Shown piece by piece: positions 21,516 to 31,005 of a stretch of DNA of 34,199 bases. Numbering within the stretch: the stretch's first letter is position 1; each line of letters starts with the position of its first letter. The notes beneath the pieces were generated by a model. The model was given only the letters and a program-made list of their open reading frames with translations. It made no database searches and was not told the origin of the DNA. The stretch spans positions 13,620 through 47,818 of the forward strand of contig DZDC01000002.1 of the NCBI GenBank assembly GCA_022736595.1, read 5' to 3'. The translations under genes and the position numbers were made by a program. This DNA is from Draconibacterium orientale (lineage in GTDB: Bacteria; Bacteroidota; Bacteroidia; Bacteroidales; UBA1556).

Positions 21516-21914
21516 ATGGCAAAAAACGTAAAGAAAGGTAAAGTGACGAAAAAGCGCGTGGTGAAAATTGAACCACTCGGTCACGCTCATGTAAGTGCTA
21601 CCTTTAACAACATCATTGTATCGTTGACCAACACTGCCGGACAGGTAATATCATGGTCATCAGCAGGTAAAATGGGTTTTAAAGGTTCCAAGAAAAACAC
21701 CCCTTACGCAGGACAGCTCGCCGCTGAAGACTGCGCTAAAGTTGCTTTCGATTTAGGTTTACGCAAAGTGAAGGTTTTTGTTAAAGGCCCAGGAGCAGGT
21801 CGCGAATCTGCTATCCGTGCTATCAACAATTCCGGCATCGAAGTAACCGATATTATGGATCATACACCACTACCACACAATGGTTGTCGTCCTCCTAAAC
21901 GTCGTAGAGTGTAA
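21516..21914 (+). CDS. rpsK: 30S ribosomal protein S11
   Basis: [30 protein letters not shown]. Confidence 0.99.
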   Translation: MAKNVKKGKVTKKRVVKIEPLGHAHVSATFNNIIVSLTNTAGQVISWSSAGKMGFKGSKKNTPYAGQLAAEDCAKVAFDLGLRKVKVFVKGPGAGRESAIRAINNSGIEVTDIMDHTPLPHNGCRPPKRRRV

Positions 21915-21944
21915 GTAAAGTTTAACTAAGAAAAATAGAATAAC

Positions 21945-22550
21945 ATGGCAAGATATATTGGTCCAAAAACCAAAATCGCAAGAAAATTTAACGACCCAAT
22001 CTTCGGTGCGGATAAAAATTTTGAAAAGAAAAAATATCCTCCCGGACAACATGGCCAGTCTCGTAAAAGAAGTAAACTATCCGAATATGGTACTCAGCTT
22101 CAAGCTAAACAAAAAGCTAAGTATACTTATGGTATCCTTGAGCGCCAGTTCCGCAATTTGTTCGAATCAGCAAGTCGTCGCGAAGGAATTACCGGTGAAA
22201 ACTTACTTCGTCTTTGCGAAGCTCGTTTAGATAACACCGTTTACCGTTTAGGAATTGCTCCTACTCGCGCAGCTGCTCGTCAATTGGTTTCTCACCGTCA
22301 CATTACTGTTAATGGCGAAATGGTGAATATTCCAAGCTATAGCCTTCGCGCTGGTGAAGTGGTAAGCGTTCGTGAAAAATCGAAATCTTTAGAAGCAATC
22401 ACCCTAAGTCTATCCGGTCGTAAAATGAGTTTCCCTTGGTTAACTTGGGACGCACAAAAAATGGAAGGTACCTTTTCAAGCTACCCAGAACGTGCCGATA
22501 TCCCCGAAAACATCAATGAACAATTGATCGTTGAATTGTACTCTAAGTAA
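21945..22550 (+). CDS. rpsD: 30S ribosomal protein S4
   Basis: [30 protein letters not shown]. Confidence 0.99.
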   Translation: MARYIGPKTKIARKFNDPIFGADKNFEKKKYPPGQHGQSRKRSKLSEYGTQLQAKQKAKYTYGILERQFRNLFESASRREGITGENLLRLCEARLDNTVYRLGIAPTRAAARQLVSHRHITVNGEMVNIPSYSLRAGEVVSVREKSKSLEAITLSLSGRKMSFPWLTWDAQKMEGTFSSYPERADIPENINEQLIVELYSK

Positions 22551-22578
22551 TTTTTTCAAATAATTAAAATCATATTAG

Positions 22579-23571
22579 ATGTCTATTATAGCATTTCAAA
22601 AACCCGATAGAGTTATCATGGTCGAGAGTGACGATTACAAAGGTATCTTTGAATTCCGTCCCCTTGAACCTGGTTACGGTATTACTGTTGGTAATGCCTT
22701 GCGTCGTATTCTCTTAAATAGCCTCGAAGGTTACGCTATTACTAGCGTTCGTATCGATGGTGTTGATCAAGAGTTTTCTTCTATCGACGGTGTTATTGAA
22801 GATGTTACCGATATCGTTCTTAACCTTAAGAAAATTCGTTTTCGACGTCAAATTGACTCCTACGAAAGCGAAAAGGTTCTGATTAGTATCAGTAATCAAG
22901 ATATGTTTACTGCTGGTGATATCAACAAGTTTCTTTCTGGATTTCAAGTTCTAAATCCTGAATTGGAAATTTGCCACATGAATACCAACGTTAAACTTAA
23001 TATCGAACTTAACATCGAAAAGGGTAGAGGTTATGTACCTGCTGAAGAAAATAAAGTAATGAACGCACCTCTAGGTACCATTTTTATCGATTCCATCTAT
23101 ACTCCCATTCGTAATGTGAAGTATAAAGTCGAAAATTATCGTGTTGAACAAAAAACCGACTACGAAAAGTTGATTATGGAAATCGATACCGATGGTTCCA
23201 TCAAACCTATCAATTCTTTAAAGGAGGCAGCTAAGATTTTAATTCAACATTTTATGTTATTTTCTGATGAGAAAATTACTCTCGATGTGGAAGAAACTCC
23301 TGTAGCAGAAGAATTTGACGAAGGTACGCTCCATATACGTCAATTATTGAAATCTCGTTTGATTGATCTTGATCTTTCTGTGAGAGCTCTTAATTGCCTT
23401 AAAGCTGCCGAAGTTGAAACTCTTGGAGAACTTGTATCTTTCAATAGAAACGACCTGTTGAAATTCAGAAATTTCGGTAAGAAATCTCTGACTGAATTAG
23501 AAGAATTGGTTAGGGCTAAAAATCTAACCTTTGGAATGAATGTAGCCAAATTTAAATTGGATAAGGAATAA
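22579..23571 (+). CDS. rpoA: DNA-directed RNA polymerase subunit alpha
   Basis: [44 protein letters not shown]. Confidence 0.99.
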   Translation: MSIIAFQKPDRVIMVESDDYKGIFEFRPLEPGYGITVGNALRRILLNSLEGYAITSVRIDGVDQEFSSIDGVIEDVTDIVLNLKKIRFRRQIDSYESEKVLISISNQDMFTAGDINKFLSGFQVLNPELEICHMNTNVKLNIELNIEKGRGYVPAEENKVMNAPLGTIFIDSIYTPIRNVKYKVENYRVEQKTDYEKLIMEIDTDGSIKPINSLKEAAKILIQHFMLFSDEKITLDVEETPVAEEFDEGTLHIRQLLKSRLIDLDLSVRALNCLKAAEVETLGELVSFNRNDLLKFRNFGKKSLTELEELVRAKNLTFGMNVAKFKLDKE

Positions 23572-23576
23572 TAGCG

Positions 23577-24038
23577 ATGAGACATAACAAAAAATTTAAC
23601 CACCTAGGAAGAACAGCTTCGCATAGAAGCGCCATGTTGTCAAATATGGCTACTTCTTTGATTATACATAAACGTATAAAAACTACTGTAGCTAAAGCCA
23701 AAGCGCTTAGAATCTACATCGAACCCATAATCACCCGTTCAAAAGCCGATACTACTCACTCACGTCGTATGGTTTTTCGTAAGTTACAAAGCAAAGATGC
23801 TGTAAGCGAACTGTTTCGTGATATCTCTGCTAAAATAATGGATCGTCCTGGTGGTTATACTCGCATTTTAAAAATTGGTAATCGTCTTGGTGATAATGCA
23901 GAAATGTGTATTATCGAATTGGTGGATTACAATACCAATATGATTGGTAAAGCACCTAAAGCCGCTAAAACCACTCGTAGAAGATCAACAAAAAAAGTAA
24001 AAACTGCCACCGAAACTACTGAGGCAGCTGCTGAATAA
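23577..24038 (+). CDS. rplQ: 50S ribosomal protein L17
   Basis: [33 protein letters not shown]. Confidence 0.99.
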   Translation: MRHNKKFNHLGRTASHRSAMLSNMATSLIIHKRIKTTVAKAKALRIYIEPIITRSKADTTHSRRMVFRKLQSKDAVSELFRDISAKIMDRPGGYTRILKIGNRLGDNAEMCIIELVDYNTNMIGKAPKAAKTTRRRSTKKVKTATETTEAAAE

Positions 24039-24067
24039 CGCATTAGCATTATTTTAACTTTATATTT

Positions 24068-24097
24068 AGGGTTTGCAGTTTTGCAGACCCTTTTTTT
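24068..24097 (+). terminator. Intrinsic terminator of the ribosomal protein cluster
   Basis: AGGGTTTGCA-GTTT-TGCAGACCCT stem (one G-U pair) followed by a T-run. Confidence 0.9.
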
Positions 24098-24158
24098 ATT
24101 ACTTTTATTCGCTCAAATAGATCCTAGTTTTTTAGTGATACTTACAATAAATCAATAA

Positions 24159-25484
<1,326 letters not shown>

Positions 25485-25505
25485 TTTTTATAAATAGATA
25501 GTTAC

Positions 25506-25542
25506 AGTGGCCACAAATGTCTAATTTTGTGGCCACTTTTTT
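25506..25542 (+). terminator. Intrinsic terminator after eno
   Basis: AGTGGCCACAAA / TTTGTGGCCACT perfect 12-bp stem followed by a T-run. Confidence 0.88.
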
Positions 25543-25592
25543 CATGGTAGAACTATCCCAGATACGCTTGGTATTCCATTTATTATTGCTTT

Positions 25593-27029
25593 ATGAAAAT
25601 TCATCGAATTCGATTGTCCCAGTTTATATTTATCTTCCTTGCTAACCTTTTTTTTGTTGGCTGCACTAATTCGAAACCCGAACAGACAACCTATATTAAA
25701 GTAAGAATGATGGGTGCTGAGAATAAATCGGCTTTGATTCAGCAACTTGGATACGAAATGGCCTCTGTGGATACCCTTGATTTTGATGGACAGGGGCAAT
25801 TGATAATTCCATTAAGTATTACTCAATCTGCCTATTTCAAGCTTTCAGTAGGTAGAAATGAACTTAATCTCTTCATGCGTCCCGGTGACTCTTTGATTAT
25901 AACCGCTCATATTAAAGATATCAATCGTTCTCTTAAGTACTCTGGAACTGCTCCTTTCTATAATGATTATTTGGCCAATTATTTTTCTCGGAGTAATGGG
26001 TTCCAAGACCAGATTTATGGACTAACCTCAAAATCTGAAAAATCGGTTCAACATTCCTTTGACTCCCTGAAGGCTCTGCAATTGGACGATTTGAATCAAC
26101 TGATCAAATCCATCTCTGGGCTCGACTCCTATTTTATCAAGATTGAAAAGGCGAGAGCGCTTTATGAATGGGCTAATTTACATCTATATTATCCTCAATT
26201 TTATGCCTACGCCCTTCGTAAACCAATATCTCAATTTTCACCAGATTATTATGCTTATTTGGGAGCCTTGGATTTCAACGATGCCACTTTGGTTGATCTT
26301 CCTGTTTATATTGGTTTTATTCAGGAGTTTATTCGCTTTAATTCTGAAATGGAATATCGAAAAATAATGGATAGTACTGATGTCCCTTATGTGAGCTTTC
26401 AGCTTTTGAATTTGGATAAAAAAGTTGAGCAAGCTGAGGTGAAGTCTAAAGTTGCAGCTGAAATTGTGAAGGATCATGTCAAAATGAATGGGGTGAAGGA
26501 TATTGACAGCTATTTGCCTTTATTTCAACGTATTTGCTCCAGTAAATACTATATTGAGCAAGTTGATGCTCAACTTATTTCGTGGAATCACCTGAGGCCA
26601 GAAATGCCAGCCAAGGATTTCCAGTTTATGGATGCAACGGGTAAACTTGTGAAACTATCCGACTTTAGGGGTAAATGGGTTTATCTTGATGTTTGGGCTA
26701 GTTGGTGCAGTCCCTGTCTTGTTGAAATACCTCACCTGAAAGTATTAGAACGTCAATTCCAGAATCAAGGATTTGTTTTTATAAGTGTATCTGTCGATAA
26801 TGACATTAAAAATTGGCAAAGTGCCATCAAGACTTATAACCTCAAGGGCTTTCAACTGTGGTCAGGCCCTGATAAAATATGGCGCGAGTTTTATAGAGTA
26901 AGTGGCATTCCTCGTTTTATGATTATTGATCCTGAGGGTAATTTTTACCAATCCAGTGCTGATAATCCTAGCGCTGGAGTTCATAAGACTTTACAACAAA
27001 TTGTTAAGGATAATGCTGTGGTTCAATAA
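25593..27029 (+). CDS. TlpA-family thiol-disulfide oxidoreductase, probable lipoprotein
   Basis: Lipobox-like FFVG-C; C-terminal thioredoxin fold 'LSDFRGKWVYLDVWASWCSPC...GIPRFMIIDPEG'. Confidence 0.85.
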   Translation: MKIHRIRLSQFIFIFLANLFFVGCTNSKPEQTTYIKVRMMGAENKSALIQQLGYEMASVDTLDFDGQGQLIIPLSITQSAYFKLSVGRNELNLFMRPGDSLIITAHIKDINRSLKYSGTAPFYNDYLANYFSRSNGFQDQIYGLTSKSEKSVQHSFDSLKALQLDDLNQLIKSISGLDSYFIKIEKARALYEWANLHLYYPQFYAYALRKPISQFSPDYYAYLGALDFNDATLVDLPVYIGFIQEFIRFNSEMEYRKIMDSTDVPYVSFQLLNLDKKVEQAEVKSKVAAEIVKDHVKMNGVKDIDSYLPLFQRICSSKYYIEQVDAQLISWNHLRPEMPAKDFQFMDATGKLVKLSDFRGKWVYLDVWASWCSPCLVEIPHLKVLERQFQNQGFVFISVSVDNDIKNWQSAIKTYNLKGFQLWSGPDKIWREFYRVSGIPRFMIIDPEGNFYQSSADNPSAGVHKTLQQIVKDNAVVQ

Positions 27030-27039
27030 TTTTTTTTCA

Positions 27040-27047
27040 TAACTTTG
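27040..27047 (+). promoter_or_regulatory. Putative -7 promoter element for the DUF2851 gene
   Basis: TAACTTTG, 31 nt upstream of the ATG. Confidence 0.5.
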
Positions 27048-27078
27048 GTGACGTTAAAATTAATCTCACGAAAAGCCT

Positions 27079-28368
27079 ATGACTGAAGATTTTCTTTACT
27101 ACTTATGGAAATTTAGAGTTTATTCCATTCCTGCGTTTACTACCCAAGGTAAAGCGATTCGCGTGGTGGATGTAGGCCAACAAAATACAGGAAGTGGTCC
27201 TGACTTCTCTGGTGCCCGCATTTATATTGATGATATCATGTGGGCTGGTAATGTAGAAATTCATGTAAAATCTTCCGACTGGAATAGGCACCGCCATCAA
27301 CACGACTCCGCTTACGATTCGGTGATACTTCATGTGGTTTATGAGCATGATATGGAGATTGTTACTTCCGGAAACTCAACTTTGGAAGTGTTTGAACTCA
27401 AGGGGCAATTTGATATTCAACAATATTTAAGGTATAATCAAATTATAGCCTCACGCTTATGGATACCATGTTCTGGGCAATGGCATCAGTATAACGACTT
27501 TACCGTTTATAGTTGGCTTGATCGAATGCTTATTGAACGCTTGGAAGCAAAAGTTGAAGCCATAGAGAGTATTTTGTCGCAGTTTCAGGGAAATTGGGAG
27601 CAAGCTTTTTACGTTAGCCTAGCTAGGAATTTTGGTTTTAATGTCAACTCAGAAGCGTTTGAACAGCTTGCTAGGAGTATTCCTATTCAAGTTCTTGCTC
27701 GTTACAAGGATAGTGTTTTTCAGCTTGAAGCTTTGCTCTTTGGACAAGCATCTTTGCTCAACAGTCAACTCCTTGACGGATATGTACACGAATTAAAGGG
27801 TGAATATGAATATCTAGCCAAGAAACATCAGTTAAAACCCATTGAAGGTTATTTATGGAAGTTTATGCGATTGCGACCCGTTAATTTTCCTACCTTGCGT
27901 ATTGCCCAATTTGCCCAATTGATTCACCAGTCATCACACCTTTTTTCAAAAGTTCTCACTGCAACTAAACTATCTGATCTTCAGGTGCTTTTTTCATTAA
28001 AAGCCAGTGAATATTGGGATAAGCATTACCATTTTGCTAAAAAAGCAAAGGAGTTTCCTAAAGTTTTTGGTGATAGCTCTTTCGATTTGGTTCTCATCAA
28101 TACCATTGTCCCATTTTTATTTGTTTACGGCCATCATCAAAATTCTGAAGAATTAAAAGAACGGGCTTTTATGTTTTTGCAACATACCAAGGCCGAGAGC
28201 AATAGCATCATTCAGCGCTTTGCCAAGGAATCTGTAATTGCACACCATGCAGGTCAAAGTCAAGCACTACTACACTTAAAAAATCAATATTGCAGCCATA
28301 TTTCTTGCTTGCAATGTGCACTAGGAATGGAACTTATACGAGGAAATCGAAATAAGAAAGTTGAATAA
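27079..28368 (+). CDS. DUF2851-family protein
   Basis: MTEDFLYYLW, GPDF, GNVEIH..SSDW..H.H..D, ILHVV, LRPVNFPTLRIAQ, YC....CL.C; recognised from memory of this Bacteroidota family. Confidence 0.85.
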   Translation: MTEDFLYYLWKFRVYSIPAFTTQGKAIRVVDVGQQNTGSGPDFSGARIYIDDIMWAGNVEIHVKSSDWNRHRHQHDSAYDSVILHVVYEHDMEIVTSGNSTLEVFELKGQFDIQQYLRYNQIIASRLWIPCSGQWHQYNDFTVYSWLDRMLIERLEAKVEAIESILSQFQGNWEQAFYVSLARNFGFNVNSEAFEQLARSIPIQVLARYKDSVFQLEALLFGQASLLNSQLLDGYVHELKGEYEYLAKKHQLKPIEGYLWKFMRLRPVNFPTLRIAQFAQLIHQSSHLFSKVLTATKLSDLQVLFSLKASEYWDKHYHFAKKAKEFPKVFGDSSFDLVLINTIVPFLFVYGHHQNSEELKERAFMFLQHTKAESNSIIQRFAKESVIAHHAGQSQALLHLKNQYCSHISCLQCALGMELIRGNRNKKVE

Positions 28369-28383
28369 ACTAGAAATTAGGTA

Positions 28384-28878
28384 TTACTTTGTGAGATATT
28401 GGGAAGGTTTGTAATAGGCCTCTTTGCCAGGATAGCTAAATTTTGCTTTGGCAATACGCTCTGGGAAAACAAAGAAATCGAAATAACCTGTGCTGCATAA
28501 TTCATGATCCGAATTAAACAGTTGAGCTTCAATTTTTGCGATGTTTTTTTCCTGTGATACTACTTTTGCTTTAATATGAATAAACTCTTGGGTTGTAAAA
28601 ACCTTATGGTGAAAATTGACAGTTAAACTCTGGGTAACACCGGCGGAACCCAGTTTTATATGAACACACCAAGAAGCAACCTCATCAAGTAAGGTGGTTT
28701 GTATGCCACCATGAAGCAAATTGATGAACCCTTGAAAGTTTGGGTCAACTTTCCATTTGCCGATTACAAATTCGTCTTCTTCGAAAAAGCTAATATTTAA
28801 TCCAATGGGATTGTTCGGACTACATCCAAAACACTTATAATCAGGATGCCCTTCAAAGGCTTTGTATAATTCTGTCAT
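28384..28878 (-). CDS. PaaI-family (hotdog-fold) thioesterase
   Basis: CFGCSPNNPIGL and LHGGIQTTLLDE motifs. Confidence 0.85.
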   Translation of the reverse strand: MTELYKAFEGHPDYKCFGCSPNNPIGLNISFFEEDEFVIGKWKVDPNFQGFINLLHGGIQTTLLDEVASWCVHIKLGSAGVTQSLTVNFHHKVFTTQEFIHIKAKVVSQEKNIAKIEAQLFNSDHELCSTGYFDFFVFPERIAKAKFSYPGKEAYYKPSQYLTK

Positions 28879-28894
28879 CTAGGGTTAGCATAAA

Positions 28895-29587
28895 TTATCC
28901 CACATTGCTAATCTTTTGCAGTAAGGGTTCGTTAATTATTTCAATACGTTTGCCTTTGGTGGCAATGATATTGTCAGTTTTAAAGTCTTTGATAATACGG
29001 ATTACACTTTCGGGAGCCATTCCAGTGAGTGCAGCTAAGTCTTTTCTACTCAAAGGAAGATCAAATTTGGAGCTTTTAAATATTTTACGGCTCAAACAAA
29101 GTAAAATATCTGCAAATCGACCATGAAGTTGTTTTTGAGTTAAACTGAAAAAGCGATCATAAGTTATCAATGCATTATTAGTCATTATTTTATATAATTC
29201 AGCATTGAAGGTATTGTTTTGTTTTATTATTTGACGAATGGCACTGGTATCGATAAAACAAACCACTGTGTCGGCCAAGGCAGTAACGGTGTAAGGATGC
29301 AAATCGAAACCATATATATTTTCGGTGCCAATAAAATGGTTTCCAGTTTTAATGCAAAGAATAAGGCTATTGTCCCCCTCGTTTATGGTTATTTTCACTA
29401 ATCCTGTTTTTAGATACAATATATCACCAGCCTTAGTGCCTTGCTTAATAATTGTTTCGCCCTTCTTAAAATAAATTTCATTTTTATTATTTTGCATCAA
29501 CATATTTTCCTGCTCTGTTAGAAGCTTAAAACAGTTGCCTGCATCAATATTTGTCTCGCAATGATTTACTTGGTGTATCGTAGCCAT
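28895..29587 (-). CDS. Crp/Fnr-family transcriptional regulator
   Basis: cNMP-binding-like domain (FKKGETIIKQG...GLVKI) and C-terminal HTH 'LSRKDLAALTGMAPESVIRIIKDFK'. Confidence 0.92.
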   Translation of the reverse strand: MATIHQVNHCETNIDAGNCFKLLTEQENMLMQNNKNEIYFKKGETIIKQGTKAGDILYLKTGLVKITINEGDNSLILCIKTGNHFIGTENIYGFDLHPYTVTALADTVVCFIDTSAIRQIIKQNNTFNAELYKIMTNNALITYDRFFSLTQKQLHGRFADILLCLSRKIFKSSKFDLPLSRKDLAALTGMAPESVIRIIKDFKTDNIIATKGKRIEIINEPLLQKISNVG

Positions 29588-29674
29588 CTTATTGTGTTGT
29601 TTTCAGAACGGTAAAAGTATAAAAAAACCTTTTAATAAATGAGGGAAATCATAAATTTTATGGACTAATTATCA

Positions 29675-29688
29675 TTGAAAATTATCAA
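29675..29688. promoter_or_regulatory. FNR-like box upstream of the Crp/Fnr gene
   Basis: TTGAA-AATT-ATCAA, a 9/10 match to TTGAT-N4-ATCAA. Confidence 0.4.
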
Positions 29689-29746
29689 TATCCATTAAAA
29701 AAGGTGAGAATAACTACAATCAATTATCTATTAGGGTCGAGTATTG

Positions 29747-30355
29747 TTAACCTTCGTACGGAACTCGATTGATGATAGATCGTCCAAGAGTGAGTTCATC
29801 GATAAATTCAATTTCATCCCCTATACTCACACCACGTGCTAATGTGCTAATTTTAATAGCTTTATTCTGCAATTTTCGATAGATGTAAAAATTTGTGGTG
29901 TCTCCTTCCACTGTAGTTGGCAGGGCAAGTATTACCTCCACTTGCAATTCGGGCTGCACTCTTGAAAATAAACTTTCAAAATTTAAGTCAGAAGGAGCAA
30001 TTCCATCCATGGGAGAAATTACTCCGTTGAGTACATGATAGTGACCTTGATATTGCTGCGTATTTTCGATGGCGAGTATATCTTGAATATTTTCTACAAC
30101 ACAGATTTGATGTGAATTTCGTTTTGTATTAGAACAAATTTCACATATTTCGTTTTCGCTGAGGTTATTGCAAATTGCGCAAAACTTGATTTGTTCTTTT
30201 AAATCTATAATGGCTTGGGCCAATTCCTTCGCTGCGTCGTCTTTTTGTTTAAGTAGATGAATACTTAAGCGTAAGGCAGTTTTACGTCCGATACCGGGCA
30301 GTTTGGCAAATTCGTTGACACACTTTTTAAGCGTTATTGAAGAAATATTATCCAT
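29747..30355 (-). CDS. recR: Recombination mediator RecR
   Basis: LPGIGRKTALR HhH, C4 zinc finger CAIC...CEIC, TOPRIM 'ICVVE', YHVLNGVISPMDG, EGDTT. Confidence 0.98.
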   Translation of the reverse strand: MDNISSITLKKCVNEFAKLPGIGRKTALRLSIHLLKQKDDAAKELAQAIIDLKEQIKFCAICNNLSENEICEICSNTKRNSHQICVVENIQDILAIENTQQYQGHYHVLNGVISPMDGIAPSDLNFESLFSRVQPELQVEVILALPTTVEGDTTNFYIYRKLQNKAIKISTLARGVSIGDEIEFIDELTLGRSIINRVPYEG

Positions 30356-30382
30356 GTTTGCTTGTCAAATTGAATGCAAAGA

Positions 30383-30424
30383 AAACAAAAAAGCCTCATC
30401 AAAAATGACGAGGCTTTTTTGTTT
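30383..30424 (-). terminator. Intrinsic terminator after the ferredoxin gene (potentially bidirectional)
   Basis: Minus strand AAAAAAGCCTCGTCA-TTT-TGATGAGGCTTTTTT. The G-U pair forms on the minus strand, and A/T runs flank both sides. Confidence 0.88.
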
Positions 30425-30439
30425 CTTCGTGTTATTGTA

Positions 30440-30607
30440 CTATGCTGGAGAAATTGCTTCAACAGGGCAAACATCGGCACATGAGCCACAGTCAGTACAT
30501 AAATCTGGATTTATAACATAAATATCTCCTTCTGAGATAGCTTCAACTGGACACTCATCAATACAGGTGCCACAAGCAGTACAATCTTCACTAATAACGT
30601 AAGCCAT
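30440..30607 (-). CDS. 2[4Fe-4S] ferredoxin, clostridial type (not in ORF track)
   Basis: Manual translation: MAYVISEDCTACGTCIDECPVEAISEGDIYVINPDLCTDCGSCADVCPVEAISPA (55 aa), with two CxxCxxCxxxCP motifs. Confidence 0.97.
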   Translation of the reverse strand: MAYVISEDCTACGTCIDECPVEAISEGDIYVINPDLCTDCGSCADVCPVEAISPA

Positions 30608-30648
30608 TTCTAATAAAATTTTTGTTAATAATAGTTTTTAAAACGGTG

Positions 30649-30656
30649 CAAATATA
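30649..30656 (-). promoter_or_regulatory. -7 promoter element of the ferredoxin gene
   Basis: Minus strand TATATTTG(CA), 41 nt upstream of the ATG. Confidence 0.7.
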
Positions 30657-30970
30657 GATAGAACTTTGATAGAGTTTAAAACTTATGGTGATTTATAATA
30701 TTCTAAATAAGCAGTTTTATCTAAAACGATTTTAAATTAGAAGTCGTGGTTTTATGGAAATATTGGGATAGTTTTTCTAAATTGACTGATTTAAGATTAG
30801 CTCAGCAGATATAATCATTTTGAGTCGGAATTTGAAAATGGGACTTTTTTTTATCGATTTGTCCAGTTTTTTGAGTATTAGCTGTTATTTAGAGTATTTT
30901 TTAGGTTAATAATTGGCAAAAATCATGTTAAAAAAAAACGAATTTACTATTTAGCATATATATAAAAAAG

Positions 30971-30978
30971 TACCTTTG
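30971..30978 (+). promoter_or_regulatory. -7 promoter element of korAB
   Basis: TACCTTTG(CC), 27 nt upstream of the ATG. Confidence 0.7.
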
Positions 30979-31005
30979 CCGCAAATATAAACTATTCAAA
31001 ATACA

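Noticed and set aside
30303-30521. 72-aa plus-strand ORF spanning the recR start and the ferredoxin end
   Set aside because: Antisense to two real genes and runs across a terminator.
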